33,000 nucleotides of DNA, taken from Dicyema japonicum. Taxonomy: Eukaryota > Animalia > Dicyemida. Made by a program: the position numbers and the translations under genes. Each line of letters opens with the position of its first letter. The stretch's first letter is position 1. The DNA is taken from positions 96,158 through 129,157 of the forward strand of contig RDEW01000029.1 in NCBI GenBank assembly GCA_011109175.1. Direction: 5' to 3'. Below, piece after piece: positions 11,350 through 22,492 of this stretch. Under the pieces are notes generated by a model, which was not told where the DNA came from, made no database searches, and saw only the letters and a program-made list of their open reading frames with translations.

Positions 11350-13591
11350 TCAATTATGAATTACTTCAATGTCGTCAAAGTCACCGATGGCATATGCGGA
11401 CATTCCAAAGCCATTAAAGTATGATTTTTTGACGGTCATGTTATCACTAAACACAACTTCCTCGTTGATCTTAGCCACCACGATGTCTCCCTACCGGTTA
11501 ATACCACAAAACACATCAATAATCAAAGTCATCCTAAACCAGCAATTCCGTTCTATTTTAATTCCATAGGCATTCGGAATGGTTCTTATAGGCAAAAGTT
11601 GTTCTAAAATAGAAAAACGGTGGAAAACGTATATCCTTGTAAATGTAGGCGTTATTTCTTATTGGGTCGTAGAAGAAAAACAGCCCTTCACTCAAATAAC
11701 TGAACAGTCCCCCATGATTTGTCCTAAGAGCAAGAAAGGGCATCACGTCGTCAGAAGTCGGAATCCTTACATTGATACTAATTTTTTCGAAAGTGGCGCT
11801 AAATTTCATCCAAAAGAAACTGTTGTGTAGAAGGGAGAACAACGTAAGGGCTGTTGTTGGGGACAGGAGTCCAAAATATTGGTAATTCGGTGACCATTTG
11901 TCGGTAAAACGAATTCCCGAATTCTCTGATGACTTCGAAGGAGCCAGCCTGCTGTGCAAGATACGGAGCCTCACTGCTAACAGGGAGACCTTAAAATACA
12001 GCTCCACCAAAACCTTCAAAATCTTCTATATATAAACGTGGAAACTCCCTGGAACTTGGAATATGGGGGATAGAAATGTCATTAGTGTCTTTCGTGGAAA
12101 ACGAATAAACAGAATTTATCTCGAACGTGAAAGTAAAAATGTCGAGATTTGTCTAAAATTGTGACAAAAATTACCAGAATGATTCCATTCCTGATAAAGA
12201 GGACTGTGTCGCTGTTCAGATTGGTCTTCCTGACATATAGAGACTAAAATAAATTTGAGAGTACTTTGTTTTTGAAATCCCCCACGAAATTCAATGTGAA
12301 GGCATGGTCGACTTCCTGAAATATAACAACAGAAAACCGTGGTTTCGACCAAAATTAGAAAGTCCTCGCCATCAGGGCTTTTCATAACGACGACTGATCC
12401 CCCATTCTCTAAAATCTTGGAGCTTTTATTGACAAAACTCCATCCAGATTGTGTGAATCTTGTCAAATGGGCTGATTATCGAAACCATGTTACCAAATTC
12501 GAAGAAAATTCTCGAAATGCCATAATGACCGCTCCATGGCTGTGAGGCGAAGATCAGGCCAGTTCCGTAAAATGGGAGATGAGGTAAGTAGGCGTTAACG
12601 ATGTTCCATAAAAAGAACCCCGTTAACCCATATCTAATGAAATTTTTGTTAAACCGCTAATTTATGGGAGAACAAATACATGAATAAATCTACCACTGCC
12701 GTGATCCTCCGAAGCGATCATCGGCTTCCCATGGGAGATATAGGTGTATGTGTCTTCTGGGTAGTGGACACTGACAACTTTAGTTAACGACGAACCCGAT
12801 AACGTCCACCAAGGAGAGTAGTGTCTTGTCATGGGCCATATCTACGTTTATGAGGGAGATTCCGTCCGCGGCTATTATCTTTGTAGTGGAAAACCCATTT
12901 TTGTTAAGCAATTTCCTCAGTATCTTCAATTATGAACATGACAACCCTGATGTAGTCCTTGTTGTACATCTGTTCGTTAACAATCTGGAATAGTTCAAAT
13001 CAGAGAACCCCTATACTGTCGATGGTCAGGTTGTGCACACTTTTCGCATTTTGGACCCATTTTACGATATAAGTCGCCAGCTTGGTTGGGTACAAGTAAG
13101 TGACTCCAATCCAACCGGGGAAGCACCAAGCAAGTGCGCTGAATTTCACATTTGGATTTAGCTTGGGTATAAGCTGGGTTCTTACTCGTTTCGCAGTTTT
13201 CATGAGTTCCCACTCGTAACCTCTGTTATAGTTCTCGTCGTCTGCTGTGTGCATGTGCGAGGCCTCAGACCCGCCTAAATGTAAGGAAGGGATTAACATG
13301 AAGACTCGCAGTCCCCGCCAATCTCCACCTTCAAATACTCAAGATTAATGCCGCGTCCAGGCTAACATCAAATTACAAGACAACTTTGAACAACAACTCC
13401 ATGATTTCTTCACTGTTGGAGTAATTGAGCAAATATTTAGAGGTTGCCTATGATATTAAAAGTCTAGTTACTCCGCCGCCGCTAATACCCCCCACTCCTA
13501 TGAATGTAATGAGGTCCCCTGCCAAGTCGATCGAAAAATTTTTATAAAGTTTCGAAGAAGAAAATAAAAGTAGAATAAACATTTGGGTCAT
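11350..13591 (-). CDS. GALC: Galactocerebrosidase (GH59), ~623 aa, 16 introns of 21-25 nt
   Basis: Spliced model: GGISGGG|ATSKYLLNY, LKVEIGGD, EASHMH..DENYNRGYEWELMKTAKR|LNPN, LAWCFPGWIG, IG|IVNE (acid/base E), VHYP, ASED (nucleophile E), QPWSGHY, SEAPYLAQQAGSFE, GDFDDIEV. 2242 nt span - 370 intron nt = 624 codons. Short hydrophobic N-terminus. Confidence 0.95.
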
Positions 13592-13739
13592 GACAATAAA
13601 TTATAAGTTTTATTGTTATTTGGTTTAATTTTATTTAAAATTTAAAAATAAATAATTATTTATTTATAAAGTTTTATTTATTATTATTGTCATTTCAACA
13701 GTTTTAATGATAATTACAGTCTAACCTTGTAAAAAACCG

Positions 13740-14564
13740 ATTTAAAATCAAGGTCAATCAATTATCATAATTCTTAGTGAATTTATATTGTAACTTGAGA
13801 CTAAGATTCCATAAGCTTAGGAGGCACACCCGTACTACACCGTTGCTCTAGAAGCTGGTGTATTAGGTGGAAGCTATTTCTTATGACGGTTAGATCCTGG
13901 ACTTTAAAAATGTTTTTATAATATATATTATTTTGCGAGGCAGCAGTCCACGCCGTGAGGAGTTACTTCAATAATTCCCAGCCCCAAAGGCTTGGCCTGA
14001 AGCTTAATATATCAAATGCCTTCAACTCGCTGAGGAGAGACTGTATTTTGGAAACCTGTTGGAAGAGAGCTCCAGAGATTGGCCAACCAGTACACTAATC
14101 GTATGGGACCGACTCAGCCCTAGTTTACGGAAGCGAGGAGACTTTCTAGGGCCTTTGCTTTTTGCAATGACAATTGGCACAGTGACACGAAACATAAAAA
14201 GCGAACTCAACCTGTGGACGACGCCACAATAGCTGGCCCATGGGAGAATATATATCAGGATATTCCTTCAACCATTCCAGCTCTAAATCAATTGGGTTTA
14301 AGTGTCAATGTTATGAAATCGGAACTGATCAATATTTCCTGCCTGCCAAGAATTCAGATTCCTACTTCCAGGTTTCAGCATATCCTCCTTGGACAAGGCA
14401 CATTTCCTCGGCTGTTCTCTCGGAAACGACGAGCTGGAAAACTGCCTTGCCAGTAAGGATAATGAAGTTGAAGCCTCTACAAAGAGAGTATCATCTTTGG
14501 ATCCACACGTGTCTTTCTTCTTGCTCAAGAAATTTAAAATCAAGGTCAATCAATTAGCATAATT
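13740..14564. repeat. 33-bp direct repeats (13740-13772, 14532-14564) bracketing an RT-containing segment
   Basis: atttaaaatcaaggtcaatcaatta(t/g)cataatt, one mismatch. Confidence 0.9.
13934..14531 (+). mobile_element. Internal reverse transcriptase fragment of a CRE-like non-LTR element, frameshifted
   Basis: EAAVHAVR, KLNISNAFNSLRR, RGDFLGPLLF, (YL)DDATIAG, LGLSVNVMKSEL correspond to core RT motifs. Confidence 0.85.
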
Positions 14565-14920
14565 TATAAGAGTGATGTCATTGATGGAAGAAAACAAATG
14601 TTAAACCTACATGGTTCCCACAGCATTTCTGCATCCACGACGCTCCTTTGGAAAAATTTGAATGGGCGTAGGTTTGTTTCGGAATTACGTGTTTCGACCG
14701 CTTTTACCGCAGATCGAAAGAATCGAAGACGCAGAGAGTGTGGAACCCTGAGCCACTATTCTGGATTGTAGTATTTTGTATTTTAAAGATTCTGATTAGT
14801 TTTTCATGTAATAATAATAAAGCCTTTTCACGAGAACCATAATATTTATAGCTCCGCATAGGCAGGACACACACTTTATTTAAGTAAAGAACAGTTAATT
14901 TTAACTAATGATTTTCACTT

Positions 14921-15114
14921 CTTTTTTTTCTTATGTGAGTGTCCTTTCTAGACAATCCAGTTCCGCAGTGAGTATTCACTGATGAAGGCGTCACTCGTCA
15001 AACCCTTTCTGCATTGTAGATGCGTGGAACCTTCAACCAGGTGAACAGCAGCGAGATTCGAACCCGTAGCCTAAGCCACTTAAGCCCGACATCTAACCAC
15101 TATGCCACCCGGCC
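14921..15114 (-). mobile_element. tRNA-derived SINE, most complete copy
   Basis: Head GGCCGGGTGGCATAGTGGTTAG (A box), GGGTTCGAATCTCG (B box/T arm), body shared with four other loci, A-rich tail; acceptor stem does not pair. Confidence 0.85.
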
Positions 15115-15833
15115 TAAAAATTATTTGTAGGTAAATTTGTCATAAAGGCTCTCAGCTTGGCTCTATGTTCCTCCCTTACAACTCGTTGGGGTCGGATTGT
15201 ATCACGTTTGATCAGACATCCTCCGTTATTCCTTTGGATTAGAATGTCATAGGTGTCGGTATTATGTTCCTTTAGTCCGTAGACCACATATCTGTCAAAT
15301 CGAAAACCATTTTTGTTTAACCGCGTCAATCACATTGTGAAATTTCTCGTGATGTTTATTGATGAGCTTGTCTAAAACTTGAAAAAATTAATTTAAGGTC
15401 ATTTCGAATGGACACGAATAAAACTTCATAGACATAAACACAAAAAATTATGATTGCACCTAAACTCAATTTTTTCAAATTTTTATGCTTCAATTAACAA
15501 ACACTATTCCAGGAATCTGGAAGAGATACCACCGAATCTATAGCCTGGAGGACTAATCGGATATTCCTTCTATAATGGATCCAACAGTACTTACCAACGT
15601 GTGGATGTGCATTGTTAGAGTTCACTTAAGGATATCGAGGAGACCATAAGACCTAATGAATTCAAAGCGAGGGACATACAATTTCCGAAAACTCGACCCT
15701 GAAAAAAATTATCCGTCTTATTGCCGACAAAGCTTAGTTGTAAGTTAAAGACAAAGATATCTGATCTCCTTATAATGAACATCTACACTGGGGACAGCCT
15801 CCCGAATCAATAGGTAACTCAACTCTTCAATTA

Positions 15834-17920
15834 CTAAACAGCATCAATGCAATCAGCCAACAACACACCAACAGCCTTCCTAGAATATCCATAGTATCCA
15901 CAATGTCTCCTCCTATATGGCAATCTTGCATATCTCAGTCTCATCACAAAACATCTCCCCTGTAGTGACTTGCAACAAGTCGTCAACCACGTGAGATCAA
16001 AGTCATATTCCCTCCCCTTCATCATAATTTGTCTCCATTCCACAGGACTAAGCCCCAACAACAAGCGAACATCCTCATCAATGACAACCACAGACCGACT
16101 ACACGTGTCATCCTTAATAGTAACACTAAATGAGACCAACACTAACCACAAATCCACAATCAACTGATCAGCAGAACTACATCCTCTACCCCCATACACC
16201 TCAGTAGACCCTCTCCCACAGCAACTGCATTTCACAGCAAAACCAACCACCTCCACGTCACACAAAGTCACACACACAAGCATACAGTCACGTGAATCAC
16301 TCAACTTACAATATTCAGGGGTAACTCTATTTACAACCAGATCAAATCCCAAATAAGCCACCAAATCACACGAGGATATTCCATCAAAACACAACCCCCC
16401 ACTCCCGACGGAAAGGTTATAGAAATTATACAACCCCCCAGATAACAAATCACTCCCATCGTAGAACAGCCTCAAACAGACTTCATTACTATCAGCCGAT
16501 CTTGCATAAACGAGGTTGCCCTACAATTCACAAATATACCACTTTAATCACCACAACCAGAGTGATACCCCCCAATCGTACCTTCCCACTCAGCATTACA
16601 TCCCCCAATTTAGTCTCTCCGGTCATACTTCTGTCAAAAACCATGAAATTCTGCTGAATAACCATTTTGTAGGGATTAAAACGGACAATCTTAGCAGTAA
16701 TACTAGAATCCTTGGCAATATGGCACGTGTGAAGAAATGATATCTCATAGACTCCCCCAACACGCAGCAACGGTAGATACATGCACGTGTTTCCACAAAA
16801 ATTAATGATTCCAACTGATTTCAGAGAGTCTGTGGATTTGGTTACTTTGCATTTGTCACATTTCTGCGAGACCACGTGCAATGTATCAACCTTGGCAGTA
16901 AAGCATGTCTCCCCCGACCACCCAATGCACACACGTGTTAACTGCTTTACTACAACAGTACTGATAAATCGACAGTACTCACTACAAACGCCAGAATTGC
17001 CACTATTGTGCAGAAAATGGGCATTTTGCATTGAAAACACAACAGAAATGTCGATAGACCGGGGGATACTTTCATTCTGTCCGACATAGTACCCACTCAC
17101 AGCTATAATACAGTCAATGTCAATTATTTGAGGATACGGACACTTCCTGTCCCCGAATACCGAGGAGTAGGGACTTTTACAGTCATCACTGCATAAATGT
17201 TGAGTACTCCCACATATATTACATTCGATAACCCCCGTTTGATCACTGAGAGACATTCTCCCATTAATAGTTGAGGTCACACAACCAATCAGAATAGAAT
17301 TGACAGTCAAATTGGCAATCTCTGAAACAGGACACGTGGTTACATCAAACTAGGGTTATTAGAGGTACTACATTGCGTGATTGTCCACATTTGCAGAGAG
17401 GGGATCTACTGGATGGAGTTATTCTAGTAGAGATTACCATATGGTGACAAAGAGGGGACTCCATGAATGATGTGACAGAGCACGTGACTTGAGGCAAACT
17501 CATCTTGGTATAATATATACGGTTAACCATGCTGGGGTAGAATTTTCTTGACATTTTATCAGAGACGTAAAGAAATATGAATAATTTTCTGATATCATTG
17601 CACATTAATTGGGATGGAAGTAGGAAACCACATGTAGATGACTCAACAAGACACGTGGGTACAATGTGTGTATGTGAGCATGTGAAATATATGAGTATAT
17701 TTTCCTGAATTATAACGAATCGCTACCAATTTGCCTATGTGAAAGTTCTTAAGAGATAGAAATGAGTAGTTTTTCAAGGTTGGCAATTTGTGCCCTAAAA
17801 ACAACCTAAATAAGTAATAAATCTACCAATCGTCGTTGAATTTGTATATCCCCCATTGATTTGACTCACAGGATATAATGGTACCCTAACTTATTAATTA
17901 ACTCCCACCTGAACACTCAT
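15834..17920 (-). CDS. CTC1: CST complex subunit CTC1-like, ~650-658 aa, 5-6 micro-introns
   Basis: Introns 17886-17908, 17806-17826, 17705-17726, (17504-17527 optional), 17350-17371, 16521-16542 give an open frame. GTI...GIYKF...L.LKNFH, ILIG...GRMSLSDQTGVIEC, YLPLLRVGGVYEI and KDDT...VRLLLGLSPVEW resemble CTC1 OB-fold motifs. Confidence 0.75.
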
Positions 17921-18133
17921 TCACATCCCGCAAATGTATTTAATTATTTAAATAAAATAAAATTAAAAAAAATAAAAAATAATTAACATTTAATATTAGT
18001 TTCTAACATTTTAGAGCAGAATATTTAATTGAGGTTACACCAATATAATGTGGTTGCGCTAATTGGCGATTCATTAAAGTTCGATTTTTCCGATTCCAAA
18101 ATAAGTAATTGAGTTTGAAGTCACAATCCTAAC
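17921..18133. promoter_or_regulatory. Probable bidirectional promoter CTC1/TBC1D9-like (213 bp)
   Basis: Divergent ATGs at 17920 and 18134; near-pure A/T tract 17936-18030; CCAAT at 18040-18044 and ATTGG at 18062-18066. Confidence 0.6.
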
Positions 18134-21100
18134 ATGTGGGTTAAATTTATTGAGGCAGAACGGGGAGATAAGAACTGGTGAGGTTTCCAGTCATTTTAGG
18201 CAATTTGTCAGCAAAAATATCTATTTTGAAATGCAGCATTCCGTCGGCTATTCATTTTTCAGAAAAGTGGACGTTTTCTGTATTTTAGAATTATAGAATC
18301 GTGTTCACGCCTCAACAGTCCCCCAAAATATATGGTAACGTGGGATAAATATATTTTGAGTTATTGCAGTCGGTTCCATGAAGGAAATCAAGGACAAGTG
18401 GCATTTTCTGGAAATAACCGTTCTTCCAACGTTGTTTTATAGTTTTGACTGATTGTTACTGAAGCCAATGAAAATTCAGAGTCGGATGACGACTTTTGCG
18501 TGAGGACAGTCAATAACTTCCTTGATCTCCTCGTTGAGTCGGATTATAAAGTCCACCCCCAGAAACACTGTTTACGACAGTCACTTATTCATAGTCAGGT
18601 CTCAGCCGACCAATAATCAAAAATCAAACCTTATCCTGGAATATCTCCCACCTTCTGTATGCCGACCATCCCCCCTCCGAGAATTTGCATGCATGTGTTG
18701 GACGGACAACTATTTTATGACTGGAGTAGCCAGTTTATCCCTCAAAAAACTGAGTTTTCGCACCACATTTGGTGGAAAGAGATATTTTGTCATTAATTGG
18801 CACGACCTGACTGTACTCCCTTCACAATAACAATTAGGAGATGCAAGTGGGGAGTGGGACCCTGATGTCTTCCTTTCTGATGATAAAGACACATTTGAAC
18901 AAAATCGTACTCTATAATTAATTTCAGTTTAAATTCTTCACCTTCAATTCGACCACGGAGTTCGAAGAGGCTGTGGAACAGTTGGTTGCACGTGTAGTCC
19001 ACAAGTTTGGGAGTTGGATCATTTAGAATTGTTCAGCCGGGGGACCTCAGTATGATTGAGGACACTGAATTCATAAGGTTGTCTGTGTAATTAGTGGTAG
19101 TCTGAACTCCACCATTTATTCCGGAGAGGATGGGATCGCCAATAAAGTGAAGGATGCCTTTAAGTTTTATGTTTTGTGATGATTAGACGCCGTTTTTCGT
19201 TTCCGTTGTCGGAAATGCCTGTTGGGTGGTCGACCGCCTCCCTCTTCGTTTCCTCCGTTGACGGATACATTGACGGCATCCTTTACGTAGGAAAGAGATA
19301 CATTGGATTTGACAGCAAGGTTAGTCACTTTGACTTACAGTGAGGAACAGGGATTCGTGTCGATGGTGATCCCCTACAACCTCGTTAGCAATATTTTGAA
19401 ATACCCCGGTAATTTGTCCGTCACCGTCGACAAAAATGTGAGTTTTCCTGGTAAAATAGACGAATTTTGATTTCGCCAATGTTAACTCCGATGAATCCTT
19501 GAGTGATAGAATCGACGAACTGGCAAACAAAATCGGCTCTCTACCACCCCAGACCTCAGATGACAGTCAAATAGGTACCTTGGGGTAATATGTTGAACTC
19601 CCATTTGGTATGTTATCACAGGTGGAGGTGGATGATGACCTCGAATGGAAGTGGAAGATGCATCTTTTAGATGTAAGGAGGTATTTATGTGTGATAAACC
19701 GACAGTGGGATTTGCATGTTCCGCACAAATCAAACCGTTGACCTCGTGTATGAGGGGATCCCTGATTCAGCCAGAGAGTCGATTTGGGGGGCATACTCAG
19801 GTGCCAGTTATTTGGTGGGACTATTCGTAATTTTTAGCTGCAAATAAACCCGGGATATTACAAAAATGCTGTTAACATGTCGGAGTCCTTATCTGATGAG
19901 ATCAAAGAGGAGATTGCGAAGGATCTCAACCGATCTCTCCCGGAACATCCAGTTTTCAGGACGCCTCGAGGACAGAATACTCTAAAAAGGATTCTAATGG
20001 CATATGCTTGGAGGAACCCCGAGATTGGGTACTGTCAAGCCATGAACATGATTGCTTGTATTCTCCTAATATACTGCAACGAAGAACTCTCATTTTGGAT
20101 CCTCGTGCAGACCTCTGAGCAACTTCTCACTAATTACTACTCAAACAACGTATTCGGTGCCAGAACTGACTGTGGTTGACTCACGTGTCTCATTTAGATG
20201 TCCTCAAGCTACTACTCATGAAGTACTTCCCCAAAATAGATCCTTTAGTCAAGTCCATATACGATTCCTTGACAGGACTCGTAATCTCCTGGTTTCTAAC
20301 AATTTTCTCCAATATTTTCCCCTTCAATTATGTCCCCCTAATATTCGACTGCTTCTTTGTCGACGGACCCATAGTTCCACTGGATTGTAACCCATTAAGG
20401 TTCTATTTCGGCTTTCCGTGGCTATCTTCCATCAATGTCTCCCCCAAATGACATACGTCACCACTTTCCCCGAGGTCTCCTCGATTGTCAACAATTTTCT
20501 CACAATGACGTCATCTGAACCTGCAGTACCTTTGGTTTTAACGACTCAAGTTGGGGAACATCAGGAAACTCATCAGCATAGTCAGACATTCCATGAAAAT
20601 GATCACATTTGAGGAAATAGAAAAACTGAGGATTCGCTGCCGACTCCATTTGTTGCTTGTTCCCACGTGTGGTCATCCATAGTCTCAGCAGAAGAAGACG
20701 ATGAACACTTTGATTAGTTCCATAGAGCTTTCTACGATGTTCTCCAACCATGAACTGGCTAGAATATTCCACATATTCAAGGTTCTCAGTCTCCCTTACT
20801 TATAGGCTTATTTTATCCGCGTCCCCCAGACAGTCGACCATATGGGAAACAGGAGTGAAGTGATGAAACTACTCGGAAAGTACTACAGAATCGACCACGA
20901 ACGCTTCGTCGACCTCTTCACTGGGCTGTCCCCATTTCCGTCAGTGAACACAATCACCGACAAAATATTCATTGTAATTAACATTTAGCCAATTTTAGTT
21001 GCTAAACTGCGGAAATACCATTTCCTTTAAGGATTTCGTGTGGATTATCGGCGTATTGTACTTTGGTTTGGCTAAACAGCTTTTGGTCGTTTTGTTTCTG

Positions 21101-21531
21101 TGTCAGACCATCGATTCATCCTGTAGCTACGTATTTGTCATTCACAGGCGTTTATGAGTCGGTTGAGTTTTCTTACTATGAGTGGATTCAGTGCTTTCAG
21201 AGCGATTACAACAAAGCTGATGTCAGGAAGATTCCGTTGATAAATCAGGTTGGTGGTAGTTTTACTGTTGATTGGGTTTGCGAGTTTGATTCAGTCTCTC
21301 CTGGATATCTTGATCGGTTCGGAGAATGAAGATGTTTTGGTGTCCTCTGTGCAGATGATTGTCTCTAATCTGATGTCTAAAATATCATTGCAAAATCGGG
21401 ACTTTTGCTTTTCATGTGAAGAGTTTATGGAAGTCTTTATTGGCGACACAGCTTCTGAAGAGCTAATAGAATTCTTATCATCTCCAAGCAAAGTCACTAT
21501 CGTTGAAAAAATCGACAAATTTATTAATTGA
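18134..21531 (+). CDS. TBC1D9: TBC1D8/TBC1D9-family RabGAP (2 GRAM + TBC + EF-hand-like), ~951 aa, 23 introns of 21-26 nt
   Basis: N-terminus MWV..W....YF.MQ..YRI, two GRAM-like segments, GICMFRT..GIP...R..IW...SGA, IAKDLNRSLPEHP (R finger), RNPEIGYCQAMN (Q finger), SWFLTIF, DCFFVDG. 3398 - 542 nt = 952 codons. Some junctions in poorly conserved linkers are uncertain. Confidence 0.92.
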
Positions 21532-21957
21532 TATTTTTATTTCTTACTTTTAAATTTAAATTTTTTTTAATTTTTATTGTTTCTGGTGCATACTTATAAA
21601 AGTTGCCTGGGACCTCCGGTGAACATCGGTGACCTGTGGAAGTTTTAGCACTAGTTGCTGGACGTCTGAGGACAGCCGGCCTCCTACAAGGTAGTGAGAT
21701 TGGGGTTAAAAATTAAAAGTTGAGATTAATTAGAAAATGGAGGGAGTAGTATTAATAAACCAATATTAAATTGCTCCTCCTAGAACATCTTGTCATAATT
21801 TTTTCTAGGTTACCGAAATCGCCGCGTCCCTTCCCTCTTTAAGTAGTATATGACTTTCTTTACTACTGGAAGTGCTAGGTTGAATACATGAACGCCTCAA
21901 GATCACCTAACTGTTTAATGCTTTTAGCTGGATGGGGCAGAATCTCGTTCTATACAT

Positions 21958-22080
21958 TCCGGTTGAAGGTTACTTGCATCTACCATCTTTCCTGGCTTGA
22001 CGACTGACTCCTTCATCAGTGATACCCCATTACGGGATCGGAATGTTACAGGGACTCACAGGAAACCAAGGAAAAAAAAG
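21958..22080 (+). mobile_element. SINE body and tail copy, diverged
   Basis: ggttgaaggtt...gcatctac..ggcttgacga.tgac.ccttcatcagtga..actcaca plus A-run. Confidence 0.75.
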
Positions 22081-22439
22081 TTGGGAACTATTAATTACCA
22101 TAACTGTTCTTTACTATAAAATAAATTGTGATCTGCATGTGGGGAGTTATAGTAATATCGAGAAGTGATGTTTTTATTAGAGATACGTAACACTGCCTTA
22201 GCTTTGATGATCCTGTTCAATGATCACTCCACCCTCTTCTATTTGAAGCCAAACTCACCGAGCTATTAGTCATACATCAGTGCCCTTCTCCCACCTGGTT
22301 CTGTGATACCCCAAACAGATTTTATCTCGTTCTCCTGGAGGGAGTGGGAGTATCTTCTCCAATCATCATGTCCATCCATTATTATTGTTAAAAATCAAAT
22401 ATCAGCCATTGTGAGAAAACCTCTACTGGGTAGGGGAAG

Positions 22440-22492
22440 ATGGATCCTTTTTGGATGCCTGCCAGGCACTGAGCGTTTTCTGAGTTAAGTGG
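22440..22492 (+). repeat. Unidentified dispersed repeat B, copy 3 (core)
   Basis: ggatcctttttggatgcctgccaggcactgagcgttttctgagttaagtgg. Confidence 0.65.

Noticed and set aside
11455-11495. GDIVVAKI resembling an exosome S1 domain (RRP4)
   Set aside because: It is the last exon of GALC.
15040-15114. Functional tRNA gene
   Set aside because: Acceptor and anticodon arms are imperfect and it continues into a multi-copy body, so it is a SINE head.
21605-21685. HDV-like words (ggccggc, ggtcccag) on the minus strand
   Set aside because: Order and pairings do not form the double pseudoknot.
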